Source: a virus
IMG/VR virus record: IMGVR_UViG_3300047362_000301
Location: 2,394-66,393 of that record
DNA length: 64,000 bases
Direction: 5' to 3' (one strand)
Below the pieces are notes generated by a model. The model searched no databases. It saw only the letters and a list, made by a program, of their open reading frames with translations, and was not told the origin of the DNA. The position numbers were made by a program, and so were the translations under genes. The stretch's first letter is position 1. Every line of letters begins with the position of its first letter. Shown here in pieces: positions 46,642 through 57,804 of the stretch.

Positions 46642-47064
46642 ATGAAATTAAATATACGTAAACTACAAGAATCTGATTGGGATACTTTAGTTGATTTATG
46701 GAAAATGTGGCCTGATTGGCAGGCTCACCCTACGCAGTCTATACTGCCAGAAAACGGAACAGGTGGTCTTATAGTTGAAAAAAATGGAAAACCTATTATT
46801 GCTGGTTTTATATATACTACAAATTCAAAAATAGGTTGGATGGAATGGATAGTTTCAAATGCAGATTATAGAGAAGATGATAGAAAAGAAGCTACTTCCC
46901 TTTTAATATCGGGCCTTGAGCATGTCGCTAAAATTAGTGGTTGTGAAGCCGTAATAAGTATAGGTAAAAATAAAAGTTTAATGAATATTCATGAGAGCTT
47001 AGGTTATACTATAGACAAAACACCTTCTTATGAAATTTCAAAAAAGATAACAAAAACAATATAA
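46642..47064 (+). CDS. GNAT-fold acetyltransferase-like protein preceding the ejection proteins
   Basis: IRKL.ESD, IIAGFIY, EWIVSN..YR, A...G, LGY; usual podovirus position. Confidence 0.65.
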   Translation: MKLNIRKLQESDWDTLVDLWKMWPDWQAHPTQSILPENGTGGLIVEKNGKPIIAGFIYTTNSKIGWMEWIVSNADYREDDRKEATSLLISGLEHVAKISGCEAVISIGKNKSLMNIHESLGYTIDKTPSYEISKKITKTI

Positions 47065-47065
47065 T

Positions 47066-47788
47066 ATGAGTTTAGTAACAGCAGCTATTATTGGCGCGGG
47101 TGCTTCTTTAGTTTCAACAGCTGTAGGCGCCGCAGGTGCATCTAAAAATGCAAGACGAGCTAGAAGTAAAGAAGAATTACAAAGAAGAGAAATAGAATCT
47201 TTAAAAAAATCAAGGCAAGCTATTGTAAATCCTTACGAAGGAACTAAAGACTTAAGTTCTATGGCTAAAGATTTGTCTGGTCAAATGTCAAATCCTTTTG
47301 CTAGCTTAGGCGTTGCAACATCTGCTGCTGAAATACAAATGGAGCAAACAGATATAGCTTTAGCAAATACATTAGATACATTAAGAGCTACAGGAGCTAG
47401 CGCTGGAGGTGCTACAGCTTTAGCTCAAGCCGCATTGCAAGGTAAAAAAGGAGTTGCTGCAAATATAGAACAACAAGAAGCTAGAAACGAAGAAATGAGA
47501 GCAAGAGGAGAACAAGCTTTACAACAACAAAAAGTATCAGAACAACAAAGATTACAAACTATAGCTATTTCAGAAGGTCAAAGGGTTCAAGCTGCAGATG
47601 CTGCTGGTAAAACTTTTGTGTTTCAACAACAAGAAGATAGAACTAATGCAGATCTTAATAGAGCAGCTGGTTTGCAACAGCAAGCTATGCAATCACAAGC
47701 TGATGCAAACTCTAATAAAGCTGCAATAATAGCTGGTGGAACAAGTGCTATTGGAAATATAGCTGGAGGTTATATGGCTAATGCATAA
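47066..47788 (+). CDS. Internal virion/DNA ejection protein
   Basis: Hydrophobic A/G-rich N-terminus and Q/A-rich coiled coil. Confidence 0.65.
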   Translation: MSLVTAAIIGAGASLVSTAVGAAGASKNARRARSKEELQRREIESLKKSRQAIVNPYEGTKDLSSMAKDLSGQMSNPFASLGVATSAAEIQMEQTDIALANTLDTLRATGASAGGATALAQAALQGKKGVAANIEQQEARNEEMRARGEQALQQQKVSEQQRLQTIAISEGQRVQAADAAGKTFVFQQQEDRTNADLNRAAGLQQQAMQSQADANSNKAAIIAGGTSAIGNIAGGYMANA

Positions 47789-47805
47789 TAATAAAAAAAT
47801 AAAAC

Positions 47806-49782
47806 ATGGGAGCATACGATAATCCAAGAATAATAAGAGACACGTCAGGCCAAATATATGGTCAAGCAATAGCTACGTTTGGAAAGCAATTTGGTGATAT
47901 GATGAAAAGTTATGCAGCCAATCAAAAAGCTGAGCAAGAAAAAGCTGATAAAGAAATAGAAAGAGTACAAAGAATAGCTAATCAAGTTGAAAGTAGGTTT
48001 TATGATCAAGCTAATAGAAATTATGCTTTAGTAGCAAGAGAAGATAAAACTTTGTTAAAAGGTTTTCAAAATGAAGTTGGAAATTTATTAAATGGTGTTG
48101 GTGTTGAAGGTGAAGAAGGTTATCAAATTGGTGCTATAAAAGCCCAAACATATTTAGATACTAAAAACGATTTAACAACAGAAGAAAGACAGTACTATAG
48201 AGAGGTTGTTCAAAGAGCTAAGATTTTTCAAAACAATGCTATAGCTGGTGGAGGTCAAATAATTAATGATCTTCAAGATATGAACAAAGTTAAACCTTCT
48301 GATATTGCCAGTACACATTATTGGACAGGCGCTAATGATACCGAAAGAGATACTACAATGTTAACCGCTTATGCTTTAGATGGAAAAGAAGTTGATGGAG
48401 TTGCTAGTGAAAAAAAAATCTACTCAGGGCGTAATGGTGAAATGATAGTAAAAGTTACTAGTAAAGTTAAGGAAGGTTCTAAAACTTGGAATAATTTAAG
48501 TGAAGAAACTCAAGAACACTTACGTAACAACAATTATGAATTAACTTGGGAAAAAGATATGAATAATTTTGAAGAACTTATAGGTGAAGTTCCTGAAGGA
48601 TTAGATTATAATCAAGTTGCTGAAAATTCTAAATTTCAAAAAGATGGTAAATTAAATTCTAATTTTATTGTTGGTGGTGACGAAGGATCTCAGTATACAA
48701 CTAAATCTGTTATTGGTGGTAAAAAAGAAGAAATAACATCATTAAGGTTTTTAAATATTAATAAGCTTTTGAATGATGAAACTTTTAAAGCAGATATTAA
48801 AGGTAAAGCTGAAGGATTTGTTAATATGGACAATGGTAAATTAAATGCTTTTATGAGATATACAATGAAAGATGGAAGTTTTAAAATTACAGAGTTTAGA
48901 GAAAAAACACCACAAGAGCAAGAAAAATACATACAAGAAGCATTGAGACAAAGTTTTATAAATGAAAAAACTTCAGGTAATAACATGGGTAGTAAACAAG
49001 CTGATCCAAGAGATGTAGCACATTTTGAAAAACTTGGTGTAGCTATTGAAGAAGGAGAAACAGTATATTATCAAATAACGGGAAGAAATGTTGTTAATAA
49101 GCAAAATAATAATAACAATAAAACAAATCCTCAAAATATAGCTTTAAACTTTGTTACAGAAGTTTTAACAAATCCAAAAGAAGTTATATCAAGAATAACT
49201 GGTAATAAAACTGGTGTTTACGATAAAGCTACTAGAACTTTTTCAATTAGAGGACAGAAAAAAGACCCTATAACTGGAGAAGTAGTTTTAGATAAAAACG
49301 AGAACCCAATTATTGTAGATAGACTATTTAAATTAGGAACAGCTAAAGGAAGAAAAGACTTTTTTGCCGAAGTCTTGCCACAACTACAACAAGGTGCATT
49401 AAGCGGTAATAGTGAAAATGCTAAAGCAGCTCAAGATTTTGTGCAACAAATTGCTGGAAGTAGCATGAAAGACTTTGACATGGAATATCCTGAAGGACCT
49501 ACCGTTAAAGATAAAGCACTAGCTCAAGAAAAATTAATTTTAAACGATGTTAAAGAAGCTAGTAATTTATTTAGTTTTATGGATAATAGTGATAGATTAG
49601 AAGCTGTAAAAAATAACTTAACAAAATATGTTGATGATAATCCTCAGTATAAAGGTAAAAAATTATCAGATGTTTTAATAGCAATAGCTGGTTTAACAGA
49701 AACAGCAGATTCAACAATTAACCTAATGATTCAAAAATTAAAAGAATCAGAACCACCTGAAAAAATGGAGGAAAATACATAA
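47806..49782 (+). CDS. Internal virion/ejection protein
   Basis: 658 aa helical ORF between the small ejection protein and the giant protein. Confidence 0.55.
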   Translation: MGAYDNPRIIRDTSGQIYGQAIATFGKQFGDMMKSYAANQKAEQEKADKEIERVQRIANQVESRFYDQANRNYALVAREDKTLLKGFQNEVGNLLNGVGVEGEEGYQIGAIKAQTYLDTKNDLTTEERQYYREVVQRAKIFQNNAIAGGGQIINDLQDMNKVKPSDIASTHYWTGANDTERDTTMLTAYALDGKEVDGVASEKKIYSGRNGEMIVKVTSKVKEGSKTWNNLSEETQEHLRNNNYELTWEKDMNNFEELIGEVPEGLDYNQVAENSKFQKDGKLNSNFIVGGDEGSQYTTKSVIGGKKEEITSLRFLNINKLLNDETFKADIKGKAEGFVNMDNGKLNAFMRYTMKDGSFKITEFREKTPQEQEKYIQEALRQSFINEKTSGNNMGSKQADPRDVAHFEKLGVAIEEGETVYYQITGRNVVNKQNNNNNKTNPQNIALNFVTEVLTNPKEVISRITGNKTGVYDKATRTFSIRGQKKDPITGEVVLDKNENPIIVDRLFKLGTAKGRKDFFAEVLPQLQQGALSGNSENAKAAQDFVQQIAGSSMKDFDMEYPEGPTVKDKALAQEKLILNDVKEASNLFSFMDNSDRLEAVKNNLTKYVDDNPQYKGKKLSDVLIAIAGLTETADSTINLMIQKLKESEPPEKMEENT

Positions 49783-49786
49783 GCAT

Positions 49787-52700
49787 ATGCCTTTTACAGA
49801 AGAAGAAATAGCAAACATGTTTACTGACACTGCGCTTGTAGAAGCTCAAGAAGAAAAATGTCCTGAAGGTTTTGAAAAAGATAATGTTACTGGAGAGTGT
49901 ATACCTACTGATTTAAAGATTTCGCCAGATTTTGATCCTCAAGAAGGTCTTCAAGACATGGTAAACTTAACAGACACATTAAAAAAAGGACCTGATGCGG
50001 TTGAATCTATAGAGATACAAGATGTAGAAAAACCTTTAGTTCCAGATATAAACTTTAGTGTTGCAACAGATTGGGGTTTAGATTTTATTAAAACAACGTT
50101 TGATAGACAATATAAAGAAGGATATATAACAAGCGATATAGGTTACGCTAACAATTTATTAAATACAGAATTAAAAGATTATACACCTGAAGTATTACAA
50201 GAATTTTTTGGTTTAGAAATTTTAACAGATGAAAATAATAAAGAAATTGAAAATATAGCTAAAACAAAAGGGTTAGCTGTTTTTAATAGCTTAATGAAAA
50301 ACAATCCTACAATAACAGATAAACTAATTCCTGCTACTTTTGAAAAAATATCACCATTATTAGAGGCTGAAAAATTAAGATTACAAAAACAATACACAGG
50401 AGAAAATGCTGCAAAAGCAATAGAAGAATATGGGGTGTTTTTTAATAAAACTTTAAATAACGAATTAAATAAAAACCCAGTTTTTAAACAAATACTAGAA
50501 GCTAATTTAAGTTTAGCTGAAAAAACAATAGCTGAAAGTATTAGTAAATTAGGAAAAGAAGCATTAGATATAGAGGATATAGGTGATTTAGAAACAGGCG
50601 TAAGAAGAATGTCTAGATATTTAAAAGAATATGCTTTAATGACTAAAGGTTCTATTTCAGCTGGTAAATTTAGAGCGTACAATGATCAAGTTGAAAAAGA
50701 TTTATCTAATGCGGAAAAATATGGTTGGACGGATGATACGGTTGTATATTTAAGAAAAGGAAAAGATCAAGGTAATCAAATAGATGGAGATGTTATTCCA
50801 GAAGTTTTAGAAGGTAAAAAGCAAAGAATACCAGGAGAACAAAACGCATATATAAAAACAACATGGAAAGAAGCTAGAGAATATCAAAAATCACTTGCTG
50901 ATCCTCAAATGCAAAAAGGAGTAAGTGAAATTAGCGAAGCACAAAGAATTAAAGATGCAACAACTTATTTTGATAAAGCTGATTTAACAGACGGAATAAC
51001 TTTTAAAGATTTTACTATTGGTTTAGGTGAATTTTTACCTCAAATACCTTTAGGTATTTTAACCGCTGGATCAGGAATTATATTACAAGAAACTGCAGGT
51101 AACTATGTAGATAATTTATATGCAATAGCTAAGCAAGACGGTTATGGAGATAATCCTACTGGCGATGAATTGTTTAAAATAATAGAAGAAAAAAGAGATA
51201 GAAAAGGTTTAGCTTTTTCTACCGGTATTCCACAGGGAGCTATGGAGCTTTTTGGTTTAAAGAAGTTAACTAAATTAAGTAAAGAACTTATTAAGAGTGT
51301 TCCTAAAGGAGCTTTAATAAGAGGTGGAATGAATAATTTTAAAAATGTTTTAAATGGTTTAGCAGGCTCTAAAGTTAGAAAACAACTTGCATATTCAGCT
51401 TTTTATGAAGGCTTAACTGAAACTGGACAAACGCTAGGTAGTCAAACATCTCAAACTATAGCTAGTGGTGGAGAAAGTTATTATAATTTTGACGAAATAT
51501 TAAATGCAGCTGGTATGGGTTTTGCTTTAGGAGGTTTTTTACCTTTTGCAGGCGGTGCAGCAAGACAATCTTTAACAGAATTTAAAAATACAGCTTCTAT
51601 TATAGCTGGTAAATTTAATCCTAATCATGTTGAAAATATATTTAACATGCAACAGTCTCAGGTTGAAAAAGATTTTAACGAGGGGCTTATATCTCCTGAA
51701 GAAAGAAGAGAAAGGCTTATAGCGTTAGGAGAAGTAAGAGCCGCTGGTGCTCAACTTCCTAAGTTTCAAATATTTAACCCTATTACTAATGCTTTTAGTA
51801 AGATGTTAGGAAGAGATGCTTCTTTAACAGGAAATATTGGGGAAAATTTAAGTCCAGAAGATAGAACTGAAGCTATAAAATTACTTATTGAACAGCAGAG
51901 ATTAAAAAATTCTAAGAAAAATATTAATCCTGATCTTGTTGATCCTAAAATAAACGAAAGATTAAAAGAAATACAACAACGTTTACAAAATATAGTTATA
52001 AAAGATGAAATAAATTTAGCCAAAGAAAAAGGTAAAAGCATGACGGCTAAAGAAGATTTAAAAATAACTAAAAAATTTGCTGAAATATTAGGTGTTGAAG
52101 TAAATGATAAGCTAGCAAATGACCCTGTAGCTTTTCAAAAATTTCTTGATGAAAATAAAATTGAGTTTAATATAGAAACCGATAGTGGATTTGTAGGTCC
52201 TGATGGTAACACTTTATATATTAATTTACCTACTATAAAAAAGAATGGTGTTAACTTTAAAACAGCTTCACATGAACTTCTTCATGTTATGCTTTATGAA
52301 GAAATACAAAAAAATCCTACAAAATTTCAAGCAGATGTAGATAGTTTAATTGATAGTTTAAGTCCTGCTCAAAAAGAAACTTTAAACTTATTAATGCAAC
52401 CGTATCTAGAGCAAACAATTGAAATAGAGGAAAATGGAAAAAAAGTACAAGCCCCTTATTTAGAAGTAAGGCCTGATGAATTTATTACTCAAATGTGGGA
52501 AGGTGGTTTGTTTGAAAAAGATCCTTCGTTATTACAAAAATTTATAGATTTTATAAAAAATATTTTTGGTAATGTTTTTGGTTCTAAAGTTGATGTAAAC
52601 ATTGATAACCCAAATGATTTAAAATCTTTTTTTAACGCTTATAAAGAAAGTTATAATACTGGTAAGTTATCTCAATTTATTATAAATAAAAATAACCAAA

Positions 52701-55700
52701 GAACAGGTGTAAAACCTAGTTCGATAGCTAAATCTAGCGACCAAACCGCATTTCAAGCTATGGATCAAATAGTTCCTTTAGGCACAACAAAAGATCAATA
52801 TTTAAAATTAAATATAAATGAAGCATTTAATGCTACTATGCCTGGCAATGTTATATCTAACTATATTAGCTCAAAATCAACAAGTCCACAACAATTTAAT
52901 GAAAATATAGCAACTATTAGAGATAGATTAGCTAATTTTAATCCTGACGCTAAAAGAAAAAATGACAAAAATTCAACTCCTATACAATTTAGTGAGTTTG
53001 TTGTTGCTAATACTAATTTTAGTAAACTTGTAGCTAATAAAAAATTAGCAATAGAAGCTGATAAAAAAGCACAAGAAGATAGAATAGATGATGGAACATT
53101 GCAAATAGCTAATCCTAAGTCTACTTCTTCTAGTAAACCAGAAATAGACAAGCGTATTATATATCCTGATGCTGTTTTACCTAAAGCAAATGAATTTAGT
53201 AATAAGTTTTTGACTGATACTAAGTTTAATTTAAGCACTTTATCAACAGAAGAGTTGTCTAATTTAACATATAAAACTTCTAAAATAATTGCGCCGCAGG
53301 CTTTTGCTGATATATGGGGATTACCTTTAAAAGTAATAACTCAGAAAAACTTTAATCTAAGTGACATTAAAAATATTAGAAGAGTACAATCTTGGATAAG
53401 AACCAATGCAATCACTCTTATTAAACTTTTACCAGAAGGTAATACTGATGTAAAAATTTCAGATTCTAAAATAAAAAACAAAGATGGTACTTTTAGAAAA
53501 ATAAAAAGAGGTGGAGAAAGCTTAGCTTTACCTGATAATATAAGAGACAATCCTGTTTTTTATACTCAACTATTTAAACCAGATGGAACACCTGTAAAAA
53601 TAGATAGTGAAACATTAAATGCTAAGGGTAAAAGTAAAAGTAAAAGTAATCAGTACAGAAAAAGACCTGACATAACTAGAACTCAATTTTTAAAAGCATT
53701 TGGTGTAACAGATAATAAATCTGATAAACAGTTTGATGTAAGAGAAAGCGAAGCTCAATCAATAAAAGGTTTGTTAGAAATTGTAGGCAGAAACATTACT
53801 AATTATTATGCAGAACAAGATTTAGATACTAGACCAGACATATCTGCAAGTAAAAAAGCTATTTCAAAAGTAAAAATGAGATCAGGAGCTAGTAAATTAG
53901 CTTTTAGTAGTGAATACCTTAAAGATTTTACTAATGATTTTCAGTTAATGAATGGTGTTTCACCAAAAGACGTTATTCCAATGTACGTTAACACTGGTAA
54001 AGAAGATTATTCTAAATACAAATATGGTACTAAAGATCGTGATGCTTACGCTGCTGATTTAATAAAATATGGAGGAGAATATATAGGAAATCTTTTTCAA
54101 GAAGATTTAGGTGGAAGAGCTTCTTTTTTTAATTCATCTAATTTTGCAGCAGGAAGTAAAAATAGACTTGGTTCTACTTATTTTTATAGCAATGAAAGAA
54201 AACAAATTATAAAAGAAATTAAAGAAAGACAAAAACAAAGAAAAAAAGAAGGTAAATTTGTAAAAGAATGGACTACAGAAGAAAAAGAAAAAATTAAAGT
54301 AGCTCTTAGTAATAAAGATTCTTATTTTGATACTCGTAAAAAAGGTTGGTTTGAAAATAAAACCAAAAATTATGAAGGTGGTTTATTAATTTTAAAAATG
54401 TTTTCAGATATAGTAAACGAAAATCCTGAAGCTATAAATATGGTAACTGCGTTTTTTAATTCTGCTGTTTCTTCAACTGGTCATTTTTGGAGACAGTTAT
54501 CTTTTCCTAGAATGTTAGATAATGATTATTTAAATTTTGTGAGACTAAAAAACAAAGCTAAAAGAGATTTTGAAAACAATGTTATAAGTGAAGAAAAATA
54601 CGAAGAATTAACAAATAGAACAAATGGAAAATATGCTGTTATAAAAGAACACATGTGGCAGCAAAATGCGGCTTTAGATTTTATTTTACCTGCAATGTTT
54701 GACGGTACACTAGAAGAAAATTACAAATTTCTAGAATTAAATTATTATCAAGCAGGTATTTCTTTAACAAATGACAACAAACTAAAAGATACAGAAGGTA
54801 AATACGGTCCTAAATACAATTATGGAGAAAAAGAAGTTGCTCCTTTTAAAGAAGGTTTAATTAAAGCTATTTTAAGTGGAAACCCTAATGATGCTATAGA
54901 ATCTGTAATTAGATATTTAATGGCTGAAGTTAGTAATAATAATGGTGGCTTTAATTTAAACACGCTTACTTTTGACAATAAATCTATAGCTGAAATATAT
55001 AATCTTCAGCTAAATTCAAACCAAATAAATAAACAAAGCATCGTTAATCAACAATTGTTAGCTAGACTTGTAGTTGAAAAAGCTATAACAAAAGAAAAAG
55101 CTAGACAATTGTTGCTAAATGGAATACCTTTAACTCCTGAAATAGCGCAAACTTCTGTTATAAACAACAATAAATTAAAAAGCACTCCAATACCTTTTAG
55201 TAAAGATATAGTTTTTACTAATAAAAATGTATTAGATAGGATGGCTTATTTAGATGATCAGGCTAATAAAGCTAGAGTAACTTTTAGTAAAGACCAAGAT
55301 TTAAATAAAGAATTTAACGAAATTATAGAAAAAGCAACCGGTATTGGTAAAGAAAAAAGATACGGTCAAACTAAAGCTAGAGCTGTTGGTGCGGATAAAG
55401 GTAGATTTGATTTGTTTGGCATACCACCGTCTGCTCAAGATTTTGTAGGTTTAACTAGATATTTTGCTGGTAAAGGAAAACAAGGCGATGCAACAATAGC
55501 TTGGGTTAAAAAGAATTTTTTAGATCCATTTGCAAGAGGAAATATAGATATATCTAACGCTAGGGTTGCTTTAAATAATGATTTTAAAACTTTAAAAAAA
55601 TTATTAAATATTAGTCCTAAAAATTTAAGTAAAAAAATAACTGGAGAACCTTACACTGTAGGTAATGCTGTTAGAGTTTACACGTGGGTTAAGCAGGGAA

Positions 55701-57286
55701 TGACTATTCCAGGATTATCTAAAGCTGATCAAAAATTATTGGTTGATTTTGTAGAAAACGACGCTAATCTTATTGTTTTTTCAGAACAATTAATTGCAAT
55801 AAATAAAGAAAATGGTTATCCTAAACCACAAAGTGGGTGGTTAGCGGGTACTATAAGTACAGATTTACTTGCTAGTTTAAATAATGTTGTAAGAGCTAAG
55901 TATTTAAAACAATGGCAAACAAATGTAGATAATGTGTTCACAGAAGAAAACATGAATAAACTAGAGGCGGCTTTTGGCACTGGTTATAGAGAAGCTTTAC
56001 AAGATATACTTGGTCGTATGAAAACTGGTAGTAACAGAGGTTTTAAAGGCGATACATTAACTGGTAGATTTATAGATTGGATCAATGGTTCTGTAGGAGC
56101 TATAATGTTCTTTAACAGTAGATCAGCTGTGCTACAAACTATATCAGCTGTTAATTTTATTAATTGGTCTGATAATAATATATTAGAAGCAGCTAAAGCT
56201 TTTGGTAATCAAAAACAATATTGGAAAGATGTCATGGAATTGATGAATTCTGATTATTTAATTGAAAGACGTAATGGTTTAAAAATAAATGTTGCTGAAG
56301 CTGATATTGCTGAAATTGCTGCTGAATCTAAAAATAAAGCAAAAGCTTTTATAAGTAAAATATTAAAATTAGGTTTTTTACCTACACAAATAGCAGATAG
56401 TTTTGCTATTGCATCTGGTGGCGCTACATTTTATAGAAATAGATTAAAATCATTATTAAAAACTGGTATGTCACAAAAAGAAGCTGAAGCACAGGCTTTT
56501 TTAGACTTTAGAGAAATAGCAGAAGAAAACCAACAGTCTAGTAGACCTGATAGAATTAGTAAACAACAGGCTGGTCCAATGGGACGTATTATATTAGCTT
56601 TTGCTAACACCCCGGCACAGTATGCAAGAATAATGCAAAAAGCTGCTAGTGATCTTAAGAATCGCCGAGGAGATGATAAAACAAATATATCTAAGATTAT
56701 ATATTATGGAGCAATACAAAATGTAATATTTAACGCTTTGCAACAGGCTTTATTTGCTATAGGTTTTGGAGATGATGAACCTGATGAAGAAAAGTTAAAC
56801 AAAAAATATACAGGCATTGTAAACGGTATGGCTGATTCATTACTAAGAGGGTTAGGCTTTCATGGTGCTGCTGTATCAACTTTAAAAAACACTATAATTA
56901 AATTAGCGGAAGGAGCTGAAGCTCAAGATGCCGCTATAGAATTATTAGATTTTTCACCACCTGTATCTTCTAAAATAGGAAAATTAAGATCTGCAGGTAG
57001 AACATGGGACTGGAATAAAAAAGAAATAAAAGAAAAGGGTTGGTCATTAGATAACCCTGCTTGGCTTGCTATTGGACAAGTTATTAGTGCTTCTACTAAT
57101 TTACCTTTAGATAGAGGGATAAGAAAATTACAAAATTTAAAAGATGCGTCTGACTCAGAAAATGCTGAATGGATGAGAATAGCAAACGTTTTAGGTTGGC
57201 AAAAATGGGAATTAGACTGGGCTAAAGATAAACCTAAAAAAAGAAAAACAAGAAAAAAATCTTCTAAAAAAAGAAAAACATTTTAA
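49787..57286 (+). CDS. Giant (2499 aa) internal virion/ejection polyvalent protein with zincin motif
   Basis: Hydrophobic EG.TE..Q / AAGMGFALGG segment; HELLH plus PDEFI metallopeptidase motif; conserved helical C-terminal domain. Confidence 0.65.
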   Translation: MPFTEEEIANMFTDTALVEAQEEKCPEGFEKDNVTGECIPTDLKISPDFDPQEGLQDMVNLTDTLKKGPDAVESIEIQDVEKPLVPDINFSVATDWGLDFIKTTFDRQYKEGYITSDIGYANNLLNTELKDYTPEVLQEFFGLEILTDENNKEIENIAKTKGLAVFNSLMKNNPTITDKLIPATFEKISPLLEAEKLRLQKQYTGENAAKAIEEYGVFFNKTLNNELNKNPVFKQILEANLSLAEKTIAESISKLGKEALDIEDIGDLETGVRRMSRYLKEYALMTKGSISAGKFRAYNDQVEKDLSNAEKYGWTDDTVVYLRKGKDQGNQIDGDVIPEVLEGKKQRIPGEQNAYIKTTWKEAREYQKSLADPQMQKGVSEISEAQRIKDATTYFDKADLTDGITFKDFTIGLGEFLPQIPLGILTAGSGIILQETAGNYVDNLYAIAKQDGYGDNPTGDELFKIIEEKRDRKGLAFSTGIPQGAMELFGLKKLTKLSKELIKSVPKGALIRGGMNNFKNVLNGLAGSKVRKQLAYSAFYEGLTETGQTLGSQTSQTIASGGESYYNFDEILNAAGMGFALGGFLPFAGGAARQSLTEFKNTASIIAGKFNPNHVENIFNMQQSQVEKDFNEGLISPEERRERLIALGEVRAAGAQLPKFQIFNPITNAFSKMLGRDASLTGNIGENLSPEDRTEAIKLLIEQQRLKNSKKNINPDLVDPKINERLKEIQQRLQNIVIKDEINLAKEKGKSMTAKEDLKITKKFAEILGVEVNDKLANDPVAFQKFLDENKIEFNIETDSGFVGPDGNTLYINLPTIKKNGVNFKTASHELLHVMLYEEIQKNPTKFQADVDSLIDSLSPAQKETLNLLMQPYLEQTIEIEENGKKVQAPYLEVRPDEFITQMWEGGLFEKDPSLLQKFIDFIKNIFGNVFGSKVDVNIDNPNDLKSFFNAYKESYNTGKLSQFIINKNNQRTGVKPSSIAKSSDQTAFQAMDQIVPLGTTKDQYLKLNINEAFNATMPGNVISNYISSKSTSPQQFNENIATIRDRLANFNPDAKRKNDKNSTPIQFSEFVVANTNFSKLVANKKLAIEADKKAQEDRIDDGTLQIANPKSTSSSKPEIDKRIIYPDAVLPKANEFSNKFLTDTKFNLSTLSTEELSNLTYKTSKIIAPQAFADIWGLPLKVITQKNFNLSDIKNIRRVQSWIRTNAITLIKLLPEGNTDVKISDSKIKNKDGTFRKIKRGGESLALPDNIRDNPVFYTQLFKPDGTPVKIDSETLNAKGKSKSKSNQYRKRPDITRTQFLKAFGVTDNKSDKQFDVRESEAQSIKGLLEIVGRNITNYYAEQDLDTRPDISASKKAISKVKMRSGASKLAFSSEYLKDFTNDFQLMNGVSPKDVIPMYVNTGKEDYSKYKYGTKDRDAYAADLIKYGGEYIGNLFQEDLGGRASFFNSSNFAAGSKNRLGSTYFYSNERKQIIKEIKERQKQRKKEGKFVKEWTTEEKEKIKVALSNKDSYFDTRKKGWFENKTKNYEGGLLILKMFSDIVNENPEAINMVTAFFNSAVSSTGHFWRQLSFPRMLDNDYLNFVRLKNKAKRDFENNVISEEKYEELTNRTNGKYAVIKEHMWQQNAALDFILPAMFDGTLEENYKFLELNYYQAGISLTNDNKLKDTEGKYGPKYNYGEKEVAPFKEGLIKAILSGNPNDAIESVIRYLMAEVSNNNGGFNLNTLTFDNKSIAEIYNLQLNSNQINKQSIVNQQLLARLVVEKAITKEKARQLLLNGIPLTPEIAQTSVINNNKLKSTPIPFSKDIVFTNKNVLDRMAYLDDQANKARVTFSKDQDLNKEFNEIIEKATGIGKEKRYGQTKARAVGADKGRFDLFGIPPSAQDFVGLTRYFAGKGKQGDATIAWVKKNFLDPFARGNIDISNARVALNNDFKTLKKLLNISPKNLSKKITGEPYTVGNAVRVYTWVKQGMTIPGLSKADQKLLVDFVENDANLIVFSEQLIAINKENGYPKPQSGWLAGTISTDLLASLNNVVRAKYLKQWQTNVDNVFTEENMNKLEAAFGTGYREALQDILGRMKTGSNRGFKGDTLTGRFIDWINGSVGAIMFFNSRSAVLQTISAVNFINWSDNNILEAAKAFGNQKQYWKDVMELMNSDYLIERRNGLKINVAEADIAEIAAESKNKAKAFISKILKLGFLPTQIADSFAIASGGATFYRNRLKSLLKTGMSQKEAEAQAFLDFREIAEENQQSSRPDRISKQQAGPMGRIILAFANTPAQYARIMQKAASDLKNRRGDDKTNISKIIYYGAIQNVIFNALQQALFAIGFGDDEPDEEKLNKKYTGIVNGMADSLLRGLGFHGAAVSTLKNTIIKLAEGAEAQDAAIELLDFSPPVSSKIGKLRSAGRTWDWNKKEIKEKGWSLDNPAWLAIGQVISASTNLPLDRGIRKLQNLKDASDSENAEWMRIANVLGWQKWELDWAKDKPKKRKTRKKSSKKRKTF

Positions 57287-57295
57287 AATAAAATT

Positions 57296-57427
57296 ATGAA
57301 TAAATCACCATTAACTAGAAAATTAAGCGCTGGTTGCAAGGCTGCAGCTAAGAGAAAATTTAAAGTATATCCATCGGCTTACGCTAATATGTGGGCTTCA
57401 AAACAACAAGGTAAAGGTAAGTGCTAA
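57296..57427 (+). CDS. Small basic protein (KFKVYPSAYAN family)
   Basis: Hand translation MNKSPLTRKLSAGCKAAAKRKFKVYPSAYANMWASKQQGKGKC; TAATG-coupled. Confidence 0.6.
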   Translation: MNKSPLTRKLSAGCKAAAKRKFKVYPSAYANMWASKQQGKGKC

Positions 57428-57786
57428 TGGAATATAAGTCACCATTAACCTGTTGGAAAGGTTACAAAAGAAAACCAGGTACTAGTAGATTTGCAAAAGG
57501 TAGTTGTGTTAAAAGTAGCGGACCTGCTAAAAAAAGTTGTGGTCCAGTAAAAGGTACTAAAGGTGGTGGAACTAGAAAGGTATGTTTACCTAAAGCTAAA
57601 ATTGCTAGTATGAGTGCTTCTGAAAAGCAAGCTGTTATCAGCGCTAAACAATCAGCGGCTAGTAAAGGTAAATATAAAAGAACTAGTAAAAGTAATGTTA
57701 GTGGTACTGCTAGTAAAAATTTAAAAGACTGGGTTAAGCAAGACTGGAGACAGGTTGGAGATCCTAGTAAAAAATGTGGAGAGTAA
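57427..57786 (+). CDS. Small basic Cys-containing protein (CWKGY...CV; CLPKAK; W.KQDW)
   Basis: ATG at 57427 overlaps the previous stop; MEYKSPL N-terminus. Confidence 0.6.
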   Translation: MEYKSPLTCWKGYKRKPGTSRFAKGSCVKSSGPAKKSCGPVKGTKGGGTRKVCLPKAKIASMSASEKQAVISAKQSAASKGKYKRTSKSNVSGTASKNLKDWVKQDWRQVGDPSKKCGE

Positions 57787-57804
57787 AACTTTAAATAAAT
57801 ATTT

